From the NCBI RefSeq assembly GCF_006345805.1, contig NC_043008.1, positions 54,622,001 to 54,686,000 of the forward strand: a stretch of DNA of 64,000 nt, given 5' to 3'. Of the stretch, positions 27,557 to 40,068 are shown in pieces. Below the pieces are notes generated by a model. The model searched no databases. It was not told the origin of the DNA and saw only the letters and a list, made by a program, of their open reading frames with translations. Made by a program: the position numbers and the translations under genes. The first letter of the stretch is position 1. Each line of letters begins with the position of its first letter. The stretch comes from Octopus sinensis (Eukaryota).

Positions 27557-27617
27557 CATGATTGTCACACGCTGATGAAAGGTAAACACCTTGAAACTCG
27601 GGTACGTGTGTATCATG
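27557..27617 (+). ncRNA. Type I hammerhead ribozyme, complete catalytic core, intronic and sense to castor
   Basis: Helix I CACACG(27566-71)/CGTGTG(27605-10), extended by CATGAT/ATCATG. CTGATGA at 27572-78. Helix II AAGGT-AAAC-ACCTT. GAAA at 27593-96. Helix III AC-TCGG-GT. GUA cleavage triplet at 27602-04. Confidence 0.8.
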
Positions 27618-27822
27618 AGTTGAAGACGGGGAGGATGACTCCCCTTCACAAATACTGAGAGGACACAGATAGTGTATCTATAGCCAGCTGGAAGAGATAT
27701 CTTCCTGGGGCTACAAACTACAGTAGCATCCACCCTTATGGGTTAGCCATATTCAAATGGCAAATATGCATCATGATGTGTTACCGCTACTGTTTATAAC
27801 TCACTCTGAGATTTATCATTGT

Positions 27823-27856
<34 letters not shown>

Positions 27857-28072
27857 AATATATAAACATATACTCAACATGCAGGAATTGGACAACTATT
27901 CGTATATCTTAAACTACCTCCGACGAGATTCGACTTTCAAATAATTTTTAATTTTATTAATTCATTTTCTGGAGGTCTAAAATGAAAACAGCTGTAAGAA
28001 ATGCTGTCAATTTTTTTAATTAATAAATAATAATTTATTAATTATGTCTCTATTTTCTTATCTTATTATATA

Positions 28073-28121
<49 letters not shown>

Positions 28122-28600
28122 CAAGCAAAGTAGATAGTTAGAAAATTTCTATAAGAGATGAAAGTGGTAACCATACCGAGAAATAATGTTTGTCACCACT
28201 TCAACATGGCTGTTCCGATGGTAGTAATGTCAGTTTGTATGGAACTACAAAATCTTAAAAGGGATTGCTGAAAGGTTACTGGCTTTGAGTAAAAGAAAAT
28301 ATTCCTCTCTCAGATTCACACACTTATTACAGTGGTCCTTCAGTTTTTCTAAGCCCTGTAAAAGAACTCAGGAGTTCAGACCTCTAACCAGGCCTTTCAT
28401 GACACCCTTAGAGCCAAGAATTTTCCAACAACCCCTTGTATATAGACCCCCAAAGGTCATATGGACCCCCAGTTGAGAAATACTAATCTGCTTAAAAATC
28501 TAATATGGACAAGTAAGAACTGATATTTCTTATGGGTTGTTTTTAAAATATTTCTTTCATCACAGCCTGTTCTTATTATGTCTGTCTGTTCGTCTTACAG

Positions 28601-28765
28601 GTGTTTTCCAAAAAGGAAGAAATGGTTCGTCACTTTAAATGGCACAAGAAAAGAGATGATTCCCTTCAATATGGTTTCATGCGTTACAGCCCCATGGATA
28701 ATTGTAGTTCGCTCTACCCAAATTGTTCTCACAACCGACGCCAAACACATTACCACTGTTTGCAG
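28601..28765 (+). CDS. CASZ1: castor exon, fingers 1-2 (VFSKKEEMVRHFKWHKKRDDSLQYGFMRYSP...THYHCLQ)
   Basis: cttacAG acceptor, CAG|GTAATT donor, 165 nt, phase 0/0. HKKRDDSLQYGFMR matches the CASZ1 HKKRDxSLQHGFMR motif. Confidence 0.96.
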
Positions 28766-29428
28766 GTAATTTACTTCCGATTTTTGGTCAAATAAATCTA
28801 AGAATCCTTCACCTTACAGTCTCTTCACTAATATTCCAAATTTATTGGAATATAAGAATGTATCATCATCATCATCATCATCATCATCATTTAATGTCCG
28901 CTTTCTATACTATCATGGGTTGGACGATTTTGACTGAGGGCTGGCGAACCAGATGGCTGCACCAGGCTCCAATCTTGATCTGACAGAGTTTCTACAGCTG
29001 GATGCCCTTCCTAATGCCAACCATTCCGAGAGTGTAGTGGGTGCTTTTACGTGCCACTGACATGGTACTGGCAATGACCTCGCTCAAATCTTTTTACACA
29101 TGCCACCGGCACAGGTGCCAGTAAGGCGACATTGGTAACGATCATGCTCGAATGGTGCCCTTTTACGTGCCACGGCACGGGGCCCAGTCAGGTATAACAA
29201 TCCAGGCATCGGCATGGTTAGCTATGTGATTGAGAAGCTTGCGTTCTAACCATGTGATCTTGGGTTCAGTCTCACTGTGTGGCACCTTGGGCAAGTGTCT
29301 TCTATATGGCCTTGGGCTAACCAAAGCCTTTTGAGAATGGATTTGATAGACAGAAATTGAAAGAAGCTTGTCATGCGATGGGCCTGAAGCTGAAACCTTG
29401 TGGTTGGAAAGCAAATATTTTGCCCATA

Positions 29429-29840
29429 GGCACAGGAGTGGCTGTGTGGTAAGTAGGTTGCCTACTAACCACATGGTTCCAGGTTCAGTCCCACTGTGTG
29501 TCACCTTGGGCAAGTGTCTTCTACTATAGCCTCAGGCCGACCAAAGCCTTGTCAGTGGATTTGGTAGACGGAAACTGAAAGAAGCCTGTTGTATATATGT
29601 ATATGCATATATATGTGCGTGTGTGTGTTTGTGTTTGTCTCCCCAACATTGCTTGATAACCGATGGTGGTGTGTTTACGTCCCTGTAACTTAGTGGTTCG
29701 GCAAAAGAGACCAATAGAATAAGTACTAGGCTTCCAAAGAATAAGTCCAGAGGGTCGATCTGCTTGACTAAAGGCGGTGCTCCAGCATGGCCACAGTCAA
29801 ATAACTGAAACAAGTAAAAGAGTAGAAGAGAGTAAAAGAG
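29429..29840 (+). mobile_element. SINE family A, full length (partial copy upstream at about 29215-29380)
   Basis: Head-to-tail match to the other family A copies. Confidence 0.8.
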
Positions 29841-31211
29841 TATACAGCCATTCCTGTGCCAATTCTAGCGAACATTCTAATAATGGCAGCACCAATATTT
29901 ATATACAGGAGTTAATTTCTTTTGATCTGTTTACTTAAAATCTTTGATTTTGTTTGGAAAAAAAAGGGGGAAACAAACTATTGAAGCTAAATGTCAATAT
30001 TTTATGCATCAAACACGTCCTCACCTTGATTTTTTTAATATCGAAAGGCTGAGTGTCAGCTGTTTGTGCTTCCATTGGCCTGTTTGTTAGGAAAGAAAAG
30101 AAGAAGCAAAGCAAAAAAACCTGACCTCATCTCTGCATCAGTTAGTAACAAAAACAGACCAAAAAAATCTACAGTAGCAACACTGGTCGATGTTGGAATT
30201 GTCACAGATTGCATAACTTGAGGTTAAATGTTATCAAATATTTACTTTTTGCAGTCATTTTTTGATTCAAATCTCTTGCAATTTTTGATGTTTACATTTT
30301 GCATTTCATCCTTTTAAGGTGAACGTGGTGGATTTTGTTGAACCCAAAGCTAGTCCTGCTTCTGCTCACGTCTATGTTTGATCAAATGCTTTCCAGCCAT
30401 GCCCTTCACATCTTTATTCTCTTCTAAGTATAGTGAACATTAGAATATGTTATACACTTTATCTAACCTCTGTTTAAAAGTGTGGATAAGCACAGGCATG
30501 GCTGTGTGGTAAGAAGTTTGCATCAGAAACAAGTTGGCTGAATCGTTAGCATGCTGGGCAAAATACTTAGCAGTACTTGTCTGCCGCTACGTTCTGAGTT
30601 CAAATTCCGCCGAATTCGACTTTGCCTTTCATCTTTCCGGAGTTGATAAATTAAGTACCAGTTACGCATTGGGGTCAATGTAATCGACTTAATCTCTTTG
30701 TCCTTGTTTGTCCCTTGTGGGTAATAAAGAAATAAGAAGCTTGCGTCTCAACCACATGGTTCTGGTTTCAGTCCCACCTTGCGCAAGTGTCTTCTACTAT
30801 AGCCTTGGGCCAACCAAAGCCTTGTGAATGGATTCAATAGATGGAAACTGAAAATTTGCTGAGCATCATCATCATCATCATTTAGCATTTACTTTTCCAT
30901 GCTTGCATTGGTTGGATGGAGTTTATTGTAGCAGATTTTCTATGTTCAAGCGCCTTTCCTGTTCCCTACCCTCACCTCTTACCATGGCTAGGATGTATTC
31001 TCACAGAATTCTGGAAATGAATGACACGCTTTATATAAGAGTGACAATCATTTTATGTCAAGATAAGGAGATGCAAATGCACACACTCACAAACACCTAT
31101 GTAGGGGTCGTATCATTCATATTGGTAGACATTTGAACTATATTACAGCATCCAGTTACCCATCCTCTTACATATCTGCTCTTTTAAGCTGCTTAGACCC
31201 AGGTGAGCCTT

Positions 31212-31438
31212 ATTTCTTTATTGCCCACAAGGGGCTAAACACAGAGGGGACAAACAAGGACAGACAAACGGATTAAGTTGATTACATTGACCCCAGTGTG
31301 TAACTGGTACTTAATTTATCGACCCCGAAAGGATGAAAGGCAAAGTCGACCTCGGCGGAATTTGAACTCAGAACGTAATGGCAGATGAAATACGGCTACG
31401 CATTTCGCCCGGCGTGCTAACGATTCTGCCAGCTCGCC
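31212..31438 (-). mobile_element. SINE family B, young insertion with perfect 21-bp TSD
   Basis: GCTTAGACCCAGGTGAGCCTT occurs at 31191-31211 and 31439-31459. Confidence 0.88.
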
Positions 31439-31662
31439 GCTTAGACCCAGGTGAGCCTTGACTGAGCAGTGTGTGTGTGTGTGTGTGTGGGGATTCAGCC
31501 ATTCATTGATCAAGAATTCATTAGTAGGAAAGCATGTCTAATCACTCAAATGTTCACCACGTGTGAAGTTTTAGCCTCATTCAGCTTAAAGGTTTTTTTT
31601 TCTTATTTGTAAATGGTATATATTGTCTTTGAAACAAATGCTTTCTGCGTTTCTCCTTTCAG

Positions 31663-31879
31663 CAACCATGTGATAAAGTCTACATTAGTACATCTGATGT
31701 CCAGATGCACGCCAACTACCATCGAAAAGATTCTGCTATCATTCAGGAAGGTTTCCAACGATTCCGAGCCACTGAGGACTGTGGCACTCCCAGCTGTTCA
31801 TTCTACGGACAACGCACAACACACTTCCATTGTCGGCGTTCAGATTGTAAATACACGTTCAAAAACAAAGCTGATATGG
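31663..31879 (+). CDS. CASZ1: castor exon, fingers 2-3 ([13 protein letters not shown]...[16 protein letters not shown]...FKNKADM)
   Basis: ctttcAG acceptor, G|GTGAGT donor, phase 0/1. [12 protein letters not shown] and THFHCRR are hallmark CASZ1 motifs. Confidence 0.97.
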
Positions 31880-32167
31880 GTGAGTGAGGTCTGATATTGC
31901 TCCCTAGACTTTGGTGTGAGGGTGGTTATATGTGAAAGGGAACTGGTTACTATGACAACAGACAGCTGCAGTTGTATGTCTATCCATGATCAACACACCT
32001 GGGTTTTTTAAACTTTGCTCAGCACACCTGCTGTGCATTATTAAAAGATGAAGTTCTTTTGTCTTTTGCCAATTAACTAACGAGTTTTGTGGTTTGCAGT
32101 CTTCCTGGTAGTTTCCTTCTTAACTTCCTTACATCCATTATTGTTCAGATGTTTTGTATTCTTTAAT

Positions 32168-32652
32168 TCTTTTATGTTTTTACTTGTTTTTAGTCATTGG
32201 ACTGTGGCCATGCTGGGGCACCACCTCGAAAAGTTCAGTTGCACAAATCAACCGCAGTGCTTATTTTTTGAGTCTGATTGAATCTTATCTATCAGTCTCT
32301 TTTTCTGACTGCTAAGTTATGTGGACTGAACAAACAACACTGATTGCCAAGTGGTGGGAAGACCACTGGCACAAAGACACACACACACACATACATGTAT
32401 GCATACACACATGCATACCTACATATAGATGGACATGCGCACACACACACACATACATGCACACACACACACACACGTGCAGTAGTCTTTCATACAGGCT
32501 TCTTTCGGTTTCCGTCTGCCAAATCTACTCACAAGGCTTTGGTTAGCCTAGATCTCTAAAAAAAGACATTTTGCCCAAGGTGCCACACAGTGGGACTGAA
32601 CCCAGAACCATGTGGCTGGGAAGCAAACTTCCTCCCACACAGCCATGCTTGC
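32168..32652 (-). mobile_element. SINE family A, diverged
   Basis: Reverse-complement tail and head are both recognisable. Confidence 0.7.
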
Positions 32653-35190
32653 ATTTATAAAATTGTTCTGTTTCTTTACAAAAAAAAAACTGATTTGCAT
32701 TTATTTAATTTATTTTGATTTTTCTTTGCATTTTAAACTTAATTTAATTTTAGTATTTTAAAATGAATTATATTTTTAAAACGGAATTAAGATTTTAATG
32801 TCAAAGTAATGAGTTTATCGTCTGTTAACGCTTAGTTAAAGGAAAATCTGTGGTTGATTAAATTACTGGCTTATTTATTAGTACTAATTAGGTTGGTGTG
32901 GTGGGTGCTTTGTGTGTGCATGTGTGTATGTGTATTTGTGTGCATGCATCTGTGTGAGTGTGTGAATGAGTGTGTGAATGAGTTTGTGTATGTGGGGTGG
33001 GGGTGGGGGGTAGTTGCAGTGGTGATTAGTAACAGAATTGGTAGTTTTTTTTGCATATTTATCCATTTCTCTTAATGTTCTGATTTCAAATCTTGCCAAG
33101 GTCAACTTTGCCATTTTCATCCTTCGGGGGCCCATGATAAAACAAGTAGTTTTGGTTAGCCTTGGGTCAGCCCTGACTGAGTAAAGATAATCCAGCCATG
33201 ACTATCACCATTAATGTTTAATGTCCACTTTTCCTATGCTTGTGTGGGCGAGACAGAATTTGTTGAAGCAGATTTTCTTCAGCTGGATGCTTTACCTGTC
33301 CCCAACCCTCGCCTATTTTCAAACAAGGTAATATTTCCCCTTGACTAGATATTTTACATGGAAACCTGGAAATAGACATTGCTTGTATGACAGTGATGGT
33401 CATTTAGAGCCATCATACACTGCCAAGATAAGTATACACACTTATTTTAAGGCGGTGAGCTGGCAGAAACGTTAGCACACTGCGCAAAATGCTTAGCAGT
33501 ATTTCGTTTGCTGTTACTTTCTGAGTTCAAATTCCGCTGAGGTTGAGTTTGTCTTTCATCTTTTCAGGGTCGATTAAATAAGTACCAGTTACGCCCTGGG
33601 GTCGATATAATCGACTTAGTCCCCTTGTCTGTCCTTGTTTGTCCTCTCTGTTTTAAGCCTCTTGTTGGTAGTAAAGAAACAGGTATTTTGTCCGCCACTA
33701 CGTTCTGAGTTCAAATTCTGCCAAGGTTGACTTTGCCTTTCATCCTTTCCGGGTCGATTAAATAAGCACCAGTTATGCACTGGGGTCGATATAATCAACT
33801 CAATCAGTTTGTCTGTCTTTGTTTGTCCCCTCTGTGTGTAGAAATAAGATAAGTGTACACACACTTACATTTATAAACACTTAAACACACATACACACAC
33901 ACACACAATGCTTATAAAGCATTTATCAGCTTGGGTCTATTGTAGAAGACACCCAAAGTGCCACACAGTGGGATGGAACTTGATCTTATGGGGTTGGGAA
34001 GCAAGAACCACGCAGCTTCCTGTGTGTTTTATTCAGACACAATGTGACCTTGACTAGATTTTCACTCAGAATGCAAAGAACCACAAGAATTTCTCTAAGG
34101 CAATTGTCACCACATGGTCTTACAATTCTACCACTTGACCATACTACAACACATATCTCTCTTTCTCTCTTTATGTGCTATGCCTATAAGATGTCAGAAA
34201 TCATGGCCTTCCATGCCAAAGTTGTAAGATTCATGATTTTTTTCAGGGGGAAATGATACAACAGTGACTTCCCCTTTGCCATCTGCTAGTTTCTTATTTC
34301 TTTATTGCCCACAAGGGGCTACACACAGAGGGGACAAACTAGGAGAGACAAAGAGATTTACTCGATTACATCGACCCCAGTGCGTAACTGGTACTTATTT
34401 AATCGAACCTGAAAGGATGAAAGGCAAAGTCGACCTCGGCGGAATTTGAACTCAGAACGTAATGGCAGACGAAATACCACTAAGCATTTCACCTGGCATG
34501 CTAACGTTTCTGCCAGCTTGCCATCACTACCACCACCACCACCACCAACCACCACCACTACTATTGCTTGACAACCGATGTTGGTGTGTTTACTTCCCTG
34601 TAACTTAGCAGTTTAGCAAAAGAAACCAGTAGAATACATACCAGGCTTACACGGAATATTTCCTGGGGTCGATTTCTCTGACTAAAAAAAAGTGGTGCTC
34701 CAGCATGGCCGCAGTCAAATGACTGAAACACGTAAAAAAAATAAAAGACTAAATGAAAACGCCATTCCCCCCCCCCTTCTTCATTTCTCATGGTTCTTAT
34801 CATACATAAATAGCATCATAATGCAATACTGTTTATTCTGTTTTCATGTATCATTTAATTAATTAAAGCATTGCCAGATTCAGTTTTTATTTCATGATTT
34901 TAATTAATTTTCTTTAAGCAATATTTCAATATATACAATTTTTTGTTGTTGCTATTGTCATCTCTTTCAGTAATATATTCAAGCAAATCTCTTGTCTTAG
35001 GCATGAAATCTTCAATATTCAATACTGACAATAAGTCTTACTCCACTGACCATTACTGAACTACACTTTTTCTAAAAACCAGCAAAATAAAAAGAAAAGT
35101 GAGAGAAGTTCTGTGTAATTGCAAGACTTCCTAAAAAGACCAGCCAAATTTCCCATAAATCATATCCATAAGCACAGTTATGACTGTGTG

Positions 35191-35545
35191 GTAAGAAGCT
35201 TGCTTCCCAACCACATGGTTCCAGGTTCAGTCTTCTACTAGAGCTCCGGACCGACCAAAGCCTTGTGAGTGAATTTGGTAGACAGAAACTGAAAGAAGCC
35301 CGTCATATATATATGTATGTATGTATGTGTGTGTAAATGTTTGTGTGTCGGTGTTTGTCCCCCCAACATCGCTTGACAACTGATGCTGGTGTGTTTATGT
35401 CCCTGTAAGTTAGCGGTTTGGGAAAAGAGACCAATAAAATAAGCACTAGGCTTACAAAGAATAAGTCCTGGGGTCAGTTTGCTCGACTAAAGGTGGTGCT
35501 CCAGCATGGCTGCAGTCAAATGACTGAAACAAGTAAAAGAGTAAA
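35191..35545 (+). mobile_element. SINE family A
   Basis: Head with a small internal deletion and the conserved tail. Confidence 0.75.
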
Positions 35546-35844
35546 AGAATATATATATATATATATATAACTTATAAATAAGGGCAAACAAAAAAATTCC
35601 TAATGCCAAATATGCCGAAAATTGAACATATTGTCCATTTACCATATAATTTTGTCTGATTTTCGGTATATTTGGCATTAGAAATTTTTTCGTTTGCCCT
35701 TATTTATAAGTTGTTTATAATTTAACCTTTAAAGGTATTTTTAAACATGCTGGCCATTGATAAAATTTTTTCAAAAGATATATATATATATATAAGCATA
35801 CATACATGTATATTTTTATTTAATTTTTTTCGGGTTTTTTTCAG

Positions 35845-35982
35845 AAAAACACAAAAGCTACCACCAGAAAGATGAACTGCTGGGACGGGATGGTTTCAAG
35901 AAGTTTATGAAGTATGAACACTGCAAGTTCTCTCAATGTCGTTTTTCTAAAGTCAGCAATCACATCCACTGTATCAGACCTG
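35845..35982 (+). CDS. CASZ1: castor exon, fingers 3-4 ([27 protein letters not shown]...NHIHCIRP)
   Basis: ttttcAG acceptor, G|GTCAGT donor, phase 1/1. EKHKSYH and DGFKKF motifs. Confidence 0.96.
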
Positions 35983-36112
35983 GTCAGTAATATTAACAGT
36001 AATACCTTTTCTCTCTCTCTCTCTCACACACACACACTTTTCTACCGATGTCTGTTATAGGTTATGGGTTGTGGAATATGTTAAGTTTTTATCTATATCA
36101 TTATGTGAGGGC

Positions 36113-36151
<39 letters not shown>

Positions 36152-36281
36152 TTATCCATAGAATCAATCTAATGGATATATGTGTGTGTGTGTGAGTGTG
36201 TGTGTATGTGTGTGGTCTGATCAATAAGTATCCATTGTAATTTTCACAGCCATCTCAACAGTTAAATTCGCAAACACTAAC

Positions 36282-36641
36282 AACATCATAAGCGGAAAGT
36301 GTAACCTCTCGAAAGAGCTGTTCTTCACTCTTGCTCCAGAGCGTCGGCTGCGGGGTCACTCCGAAAAGCTCTATCTGCGATGATTTCATCTCAATCGAAG
36401 GAGAGGGGCTTTCTCTGTCCGGGTTGCGGATCCGTGGAATAAGCTGCCGGACGAGATAGTGAAGATGCCGACAACCGCTTAATTCAAAGTCCCTCTTGAC
36501 CAGAAATGGCCTGAACTCTTTGCATGAACACCCTCCCTGTACATAACTCCATGTCCCCCTACATGGCCTTGCTTTTTGCTTTTTGAGCCAAAAAATTAAA
36601 CTTAACTTAACTAAACTTAACTTAACTTAACTTAACTTAAC
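36282..36641 (+). mobile_element. 5'-truncated CR1/L2-type LINE 3' end with (AACTT)n tail, inside a castor intron
   Basis: Translation RLRGHSEKLYLR*FHLNRRRGAFSVRVADPWNKLPDEIV...FKVPLD matches the RGHxxKL...FSxRVxxxWNxLP C-terminal motif. The tail repeat runs 36596-36641. Confidence 0.8.
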
Positions 36642-36719
36642 CATATATTTAAGTATTTCCTATAAAGTTATTTTCTTGTGCTTAAAAATTAATTCAGTAT
36701 ATTAAAGTACATATATACC

Positions 36720-36786
<67 letters not shown>

Positions 36787-36930
36787 GTGTGTGTATTTCA
36801 TTTTATGGAAGTTAGTAGTTGTATGTTTGAACTCTTAAGCAAGTTTTCCAGCTTATACTTTGTTTGCATTTATTTTATTTCATATTGTTTGCTTATTTTT
36901 TGTTTCTTCCTTCCATGACCATCCATCAAG

Positions 36931-37244
36931 ATTGCAATTACATCCTGCATTCTACTGCCCAACTCTACTCACACAAGCGAAGACACGAACGCCGTGACTT
37001 TGAGAATGCATATCGCCGTTTTCAAGAGGTGCGCCATAACAAAGTGGTGGCTGTAGATTTGAGCAGCAATCAGCAGGCGCCATCTCTCGCCGAACCAGGA
37101 TCCGGCACCGAGGCTGAAACAGGTCTTGGAGGGGGTGGAGAAGCAGCTAGTGACAAATCCAGTACAGATGTGACAAACACGCCAAGTACTTCTTCATCCT
37201 CCTCCGTGGTACCATCTCAAAAATCCTCTCTGACTGCAATGGTC

Positions 37245-37284
<40 letters not shown>

Positions 37285-37735
37285 GCAGTGGTAGTAGCCT
37301 GGACAAATCAATCTTATCAAATTCTTTGTGTCTTAGTACTGCTTCTTCAAACATATCTATAGAGACTAATATCAAAAATATAAAGAAAGAAGCCAAAATT
37401 GAAGAAGATTTCAGTTACGTGGATGAGAAACGGCATCCATCTCAGTTTCAATCTTTCCATCAAGAATCTGCGTCTCCCAAGAACGACGAGTCCGGTTGCA
37501 ACATGGCGATGTCTTGTGCAGAATCTTCTGGAACACTGGCCATGAGGGCTTCCAAACTCAGTGGAGATTCTTTGAACAACTCTCTCAACTTACTGATTCC
37601 GGTGAACTGCGGCAAGTCGGAACTTTACACCAACCACCTTATCCTCAACATGAACAGCAATTCCGTTAATGTTGGACAGGTGAGAGCTGGGGATAGGAGA
37701 GAGAAGGATGAAAACTGGAAAACCTATCTAAAAAG
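36931..37735 (+). CDS. CASZ1: castor exon: end of finger 4 plus Ser/Asn-rich linker (DCNYILHSTAQLYSHKRRHERR...ENWKTYLKR)
   Basis: catcaAG acceptor, AG|GTGAGG donor, phase 1/2. Lies within ORF 36864-37739 and contains the SHKRRHERR motif. Confidence 0.93.
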
Positions 37736-37744
37736 GTGAGGCAT

Positions 37745-38260
37745 AATTTGTCATCGTTATCATCACCACCATCATCATTGACATCATCGTTGACATAATC
37801 ATCAATATTGTTATCATTTGTTGCTGTCATCATCACCATCACCAGTGTTACTCTCATCATTGTTGTCATCATCATCATTGTCATCATCTTTATCATCACT
37901 GTCATCACTATCAATTTCGTCATCGTCATTGTCATTGTTGTCATCAATCATCATCATCATCATTATCACTTTCAATTTCATCTTTATTATTATTATCATC
38001 ATCATTATCATCATCACCATTGCTGTCATTGACATCATCATCATCATCATCATTGCTATCATTGTTGTCGTCATCATCATCATCATCAGTATCATCATCA
38101 TCATCAATTTTTTTTATTATCATTGTTGTTAGCATCATCATCATAAGCATCATTGTCGCCATCAACCTTATCGTCACAATTTTCATCCCTAACACCATCA
38201 CCACAACCATCACCACCTCCACTATTATCATCACTACCACTGTGAACCATTTTTTTAATA
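37745..38260. repeat. (CAT)n-type trinucleotide low-complexity tract at the start of a castor intron
   Basis: Read directly from the sequence. Confidence 0.9.
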
Positions 38261-38665
38261 CAATAATTTTGTCTTTCATGAAACATAAAAGGTTTTTTTT
38301 GCTTCTGGGCTAGTCAGTCATTGTTCAGTGGTTTTTGGGACTGGTCTTAGAGGTCAGAATGGTGTGGGTATGTGTGTTTCTGTGTACGTCTATGTGTGTG
38401 TATATATACATGTGTTTGTGTTTGTGTGTGTGGGCCGTTTTTGATTGGTCCCAGAGTTTATTGTGGTGTGTGTAAATGTGTCAGTGTGTGTTTTATATTT
38501 TAGTAGGATGGTGTGTGTATATGTGTACACGTTTGTGTGTGTGTGTGTGATTAATATTTGTTAGGGTTAATATTTGTTAGGATTAATATTTGTTAACGTG
38601 TATATTAAAACAACAAACATACTCAGACAGAGACACACACTCACGTACACACACACACACACACA

Positions 38666-38701
<36 letters not shown>

Positions 38702-38755
38702 TGTATGTATATGCTAGTCTGTTATTTAATCTGTTGTGTTCCCTAATCCTTCCAG

Positions 38756-38878
38756 GTATACAGCAAATGACCCCTGCAACCCACGCTGTGACTATCTCTA
38801 CAAGGACCACTACCATTGTCAAGTGCTCGGTTGTACAGTGATGTATCGCTCGAAAGACGGAGTTCGCGAACACGCCAG
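38756..38878 (+). CDS. CASZ1: castor exon, finger 5 (RYTANDPCNPRCDYLYKDHYHCQVLGCTVMYRSKDGVREHAR)
   Basis: cttccAG acceptor, weak AG|GTCTCT donor, phase 2/2. C-x3-C...HYHC-x4-C pattern. Not present in the supplied ORF track. Confidence 0.88.
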
Positions 38879-39558
38879 GTCTCTTTTTGGTTTCCTTTTA
38901 TTTTGAAACTGTTTTTACTTTGCTCTGTGTGTGTGTGTGTGTGTGTGTGTGTAGTGGAAGTGGGTTATTGTAATCAGTTTGCAAATAGAGTCTCTCTGGC
39001 TGATAACATTAAGTAGATGACATAACAATATCTCGAGCATATTACAGACTCTTCTAATTTTGATATCTATAAAAGTTTGATAATGTTTCTGGTAATTGTG
39101 AGTAGCTTCTTTCAGTTTCCATTTACCAGGTCCCTTCGCCAGGCTTTGCTTGGCCCAGGGCCATAGTGCAACACATGTGCCCAGAGTGACACCACACCGT
39201 GGGACGGAACCCAGAACCATGTGGTTGAGAAACAGACTTCTTATCTACACAACTATGCCTGTACCTAAGCAATAGGTACAGGCATGGCTGTGCGGTTAAA
39301 AAGCTTGCTTCCCAACCAATTGGTCTCGGGTTCAATCCCACTGTTTGGCACTTTGGGCGAGTGTCTTTTTCCATTCTTGCATGGTTAGTTGGGGTCTCCT
39401 CACCATTTTTTATTGTATTCTTTTACCATTTCCTTTAAAACCATTCAGCATCCTGAGATCAACTTTTACTCTCCTTTCTTCTGTCTTCTTCTTCCTCACT
39501 CTGGTGACATCATGTTTGGTTATTTTTGGTTTTTGTTAATTCTGAATTTCTCTTTTAG

Positions 39559-39676
39559 ATTCCATGAACTCCAAGACCATATCACATCGAACTGCTACAT
39601 CTTGTACAAATCTAGTGAGCCGTGTCTACAGAAGTGTGAGTTCAATTTGAAGGAGAAGCACTTTCATTGCCAATAT
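39559..39676 (+). CDS. CASZ1: castor exon, fingers 5-6 (RFHELQDHITSNCYILYKSSEPCLQKCEFNLKEKHFHCQY)
   Basis: cttttAG acceptor, T|GTAAGT donor, phase 2/0. Completes EHARFH and supplies the HFHC motif. Confidence 0.9.
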
Positions 39677-40037
39677 GTAAGTTGTTTTTTTATCTGTGGA
39701 CTGTTTATATTATATTCATCACGGTGGTGCTGGTAGTGGTAGTGGTGGTGATGGTTGCGGCAGTGGTTGTGTTGGTGGTGGTGGTGGTGGTAATAGCAGT
39801 GGTAGTAATGATGGTGATGGTGGTGGTGGTAGACAGACAAAGTATTAAGGTGGTGGTTGTGTTGGTGGAGGCGATTAGTACAAAGTCCCCATTCCTGATG
39901 CTGGAATAGGTACCCCTGGTACTTGACTATTACTTATAGTGATCCACGGAAGAGGAGAAATGCAAAGATGACCCTTCATGGGATTAGACTTATTAAATAA
40001 CTAGTAATGTGGTAATATAGAAATTAGAATAATTAGT

Positions 40038-40068
<31 letters not shown>

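Noticed and set aside
28330-28485. hAT-like MITE between castor exons
   Set aside because: The TIRs are only partly matching and no 8-bp TSD is evident.
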